This document shows positions 63,275 through 64,000 of a stretch of DNA of 64,000 nt, piece by piece (position 1 is the stretch's first letter; every line of letters begins with the position of its first letter). A program made the translations under genes and the position numbers. The stretch spans positions 13,209 through 77,208 of the forward strand of contig CAVXFP010000007.1 of assembly GCA_963761065.1 (NCBI GenBank). Direction: 5' to 3'. The DNA comes from an uncultured Alphaproteobacteria bacterium. GTDB taxonomy: Bacteria; Pseudomonadota; Alphaproteobacteria; Caulobacterales; Caulobacteraceae. The notes under the pieces are model-generated. The model was not told the DNA's origin. It saw nothing but the letters and a program-made list of their open reading frames with translations, and did not search any database.

Positions 63275-64000
63275 CTACGCCCGTTCGCGGCGCGGACGGC
63301 TGCTGCGGCGGGGGCCGCGATCGCCGCGGTCTTCGCGCTCCTCGCGGGGCTGCTCGTCCGGATCACCGCCGGCGGCGATGCGGGCGGCTTCACGCTCGGC
63401 GCGCTCGGCCTCGATCTTGGCCGACAGGTCCTCGCCGGTCTCCTGGTCGACGACCTTCATGGAAAGCTTGGTCTTGCCGCGATCGTCGAAGCCGATGAGC
63501 TTCACCTTCACCATCTGGCCTTCCTGCACAACGTCGGAGACCTGGGCCACCTTGTGCGGGGCGAGCTGGCTGATGTGAACCAGGCCGTCCTTGGCGCCGA
63601 AGAAGTTCACGAAGGCGCCGAAGTCGACCACCTTCACCACCTTGCCGTCGTAGATCGTGCCGATCTCGGGGTCCGAGGCGATGGACTTGATCCACTCCAT
63701 GGCGGCCTTGATCTTGGCGCCGTCGGCGGCCGAGACCTTCACCGTGCCGTCGTCCTCGATGTCCACCTTGGCGCCGGTCTTCTCCACGATTTCGCGGATC
63801 ACCTTGCCGCCGGTGCCGATCACTTCGCGGATCTTGTCGGTGGGGATGGAGATGGTCTCGATCTTCGGCGCGTGCTCGCCCACGTCCGCGCGGGGCGCGG
63901 TCATGGCCTTGCTCATTTCGCCGAGGATGTGCATGCGGCCGGCCTGGGCCTGAGCCAGGGCCTGCTTCATGATCTCCTCGGTGATGCCGGCGATCTTGAT
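63275..64000 (-). CDS. pnp: polyribonucleotide nucleotidyltransferase, 3' part only (gene continues beyond the right edge)
   Basis: KH domain ([34 protein letters not shown]), S1 domain ([31 protein letters not shown]...[19 protein letters not shown]), and a basic/acidic tail. ORF 63275..63970(-) stays open to the window end. Confidence 0.95.
   Translation of the reverse strand: MKIAGITEEIMKQALAQAQAGRMHILGEMSKAMTAPRADVGEHAPKIETISIPTDKIREVIGTGGKVIREIVEKTGAKVDIEDDGTVKVSAADGAKIKAAMEWIKSIASDPEIGTIYDGKVVKVVDFGAFVNFFGAKDGLVHISQLAPHKVAQVSDVVQEGQMVKVKLIGFDDRGKTKLSMKVVDQETGEDLSAKIEAERAEREAARIAAGGDPDEQPREEREDRGDRGPRRSSRPRRERA

Overview
High-GC alphaproteobacterial chromosomal segment. Its gene order matches the origin-proximal region of Caulobacterales genomes.
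Left to right:
- acs, a rubrerythrin / HdrD-like Fe-S / DUF3501 trio, and GTP-PEPCK.
- A membrane hydrolase-like ORF that reads into a cytochrome P450.
- rdgB-hemW, kup, fabI, smr-mltA-Tim44-like, secB.
- The minus-strand block dnaQ-coaE-aroE-maf-DUF299 (ppsR-like). It ends at a ~470 bp non-coding region (22161-22634) facing hemE. This region carries DnaA-box-like 9-mers, an AT-rich patch and the hemE/DUF299 synteny of the Caulobacter Cori.
- hemE-hemH-hemJ, rho, GST, dienelactone hydrolase, mnmE.
- A perfect 16-bp parS palindrome, then mnmG-rsmG-parA-parB and holA-lptE-leuS.
- A mostly housekeeping block: thiE-like, yggS, L,D-transpeptidase, OmpR-type regulator, xthA, lolA, ftsK, ubiH-like, DUF971/Trm112/LonN/thioredoxin.
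- tRNA-Gly(GCC), followed by an accessory-looking block: TetR, a ~2000-codon trimeric autotransporter adhesin, a small secreted protein, a DUF389/OmpA-like protein and an orphan ParA-like ATPase.
- The 3' part of pnp at the right edge.
Two cross-cutting observations:
1. Most genes change reading frame one to many times in this sequence, including indispensable ones (leuS, dnaQ, parAB, fabI, holA). The sites I could resolve lie in mononucleotide runs, so consensus indel error is the simplest reading. Such genes are typed pseudogene only in the literal sense.
2. The best candidates for signal not explained by protein genes are three. One is a promoter-hairpins-terminator unit between lolA and xthA (a candidate ~120-nt sRNA with a C-rich anti-SD-like loop, or an xthA leader). 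The second is the origin/parS architecture. The third is the adhesin locus with its low-GC, palindrome-bearing upstream region.
I saw no CRISPR array, transposase, integrase or recognisable defence system. All folding, motif matching and homology calls are by eye or from memory; nothing was computed.
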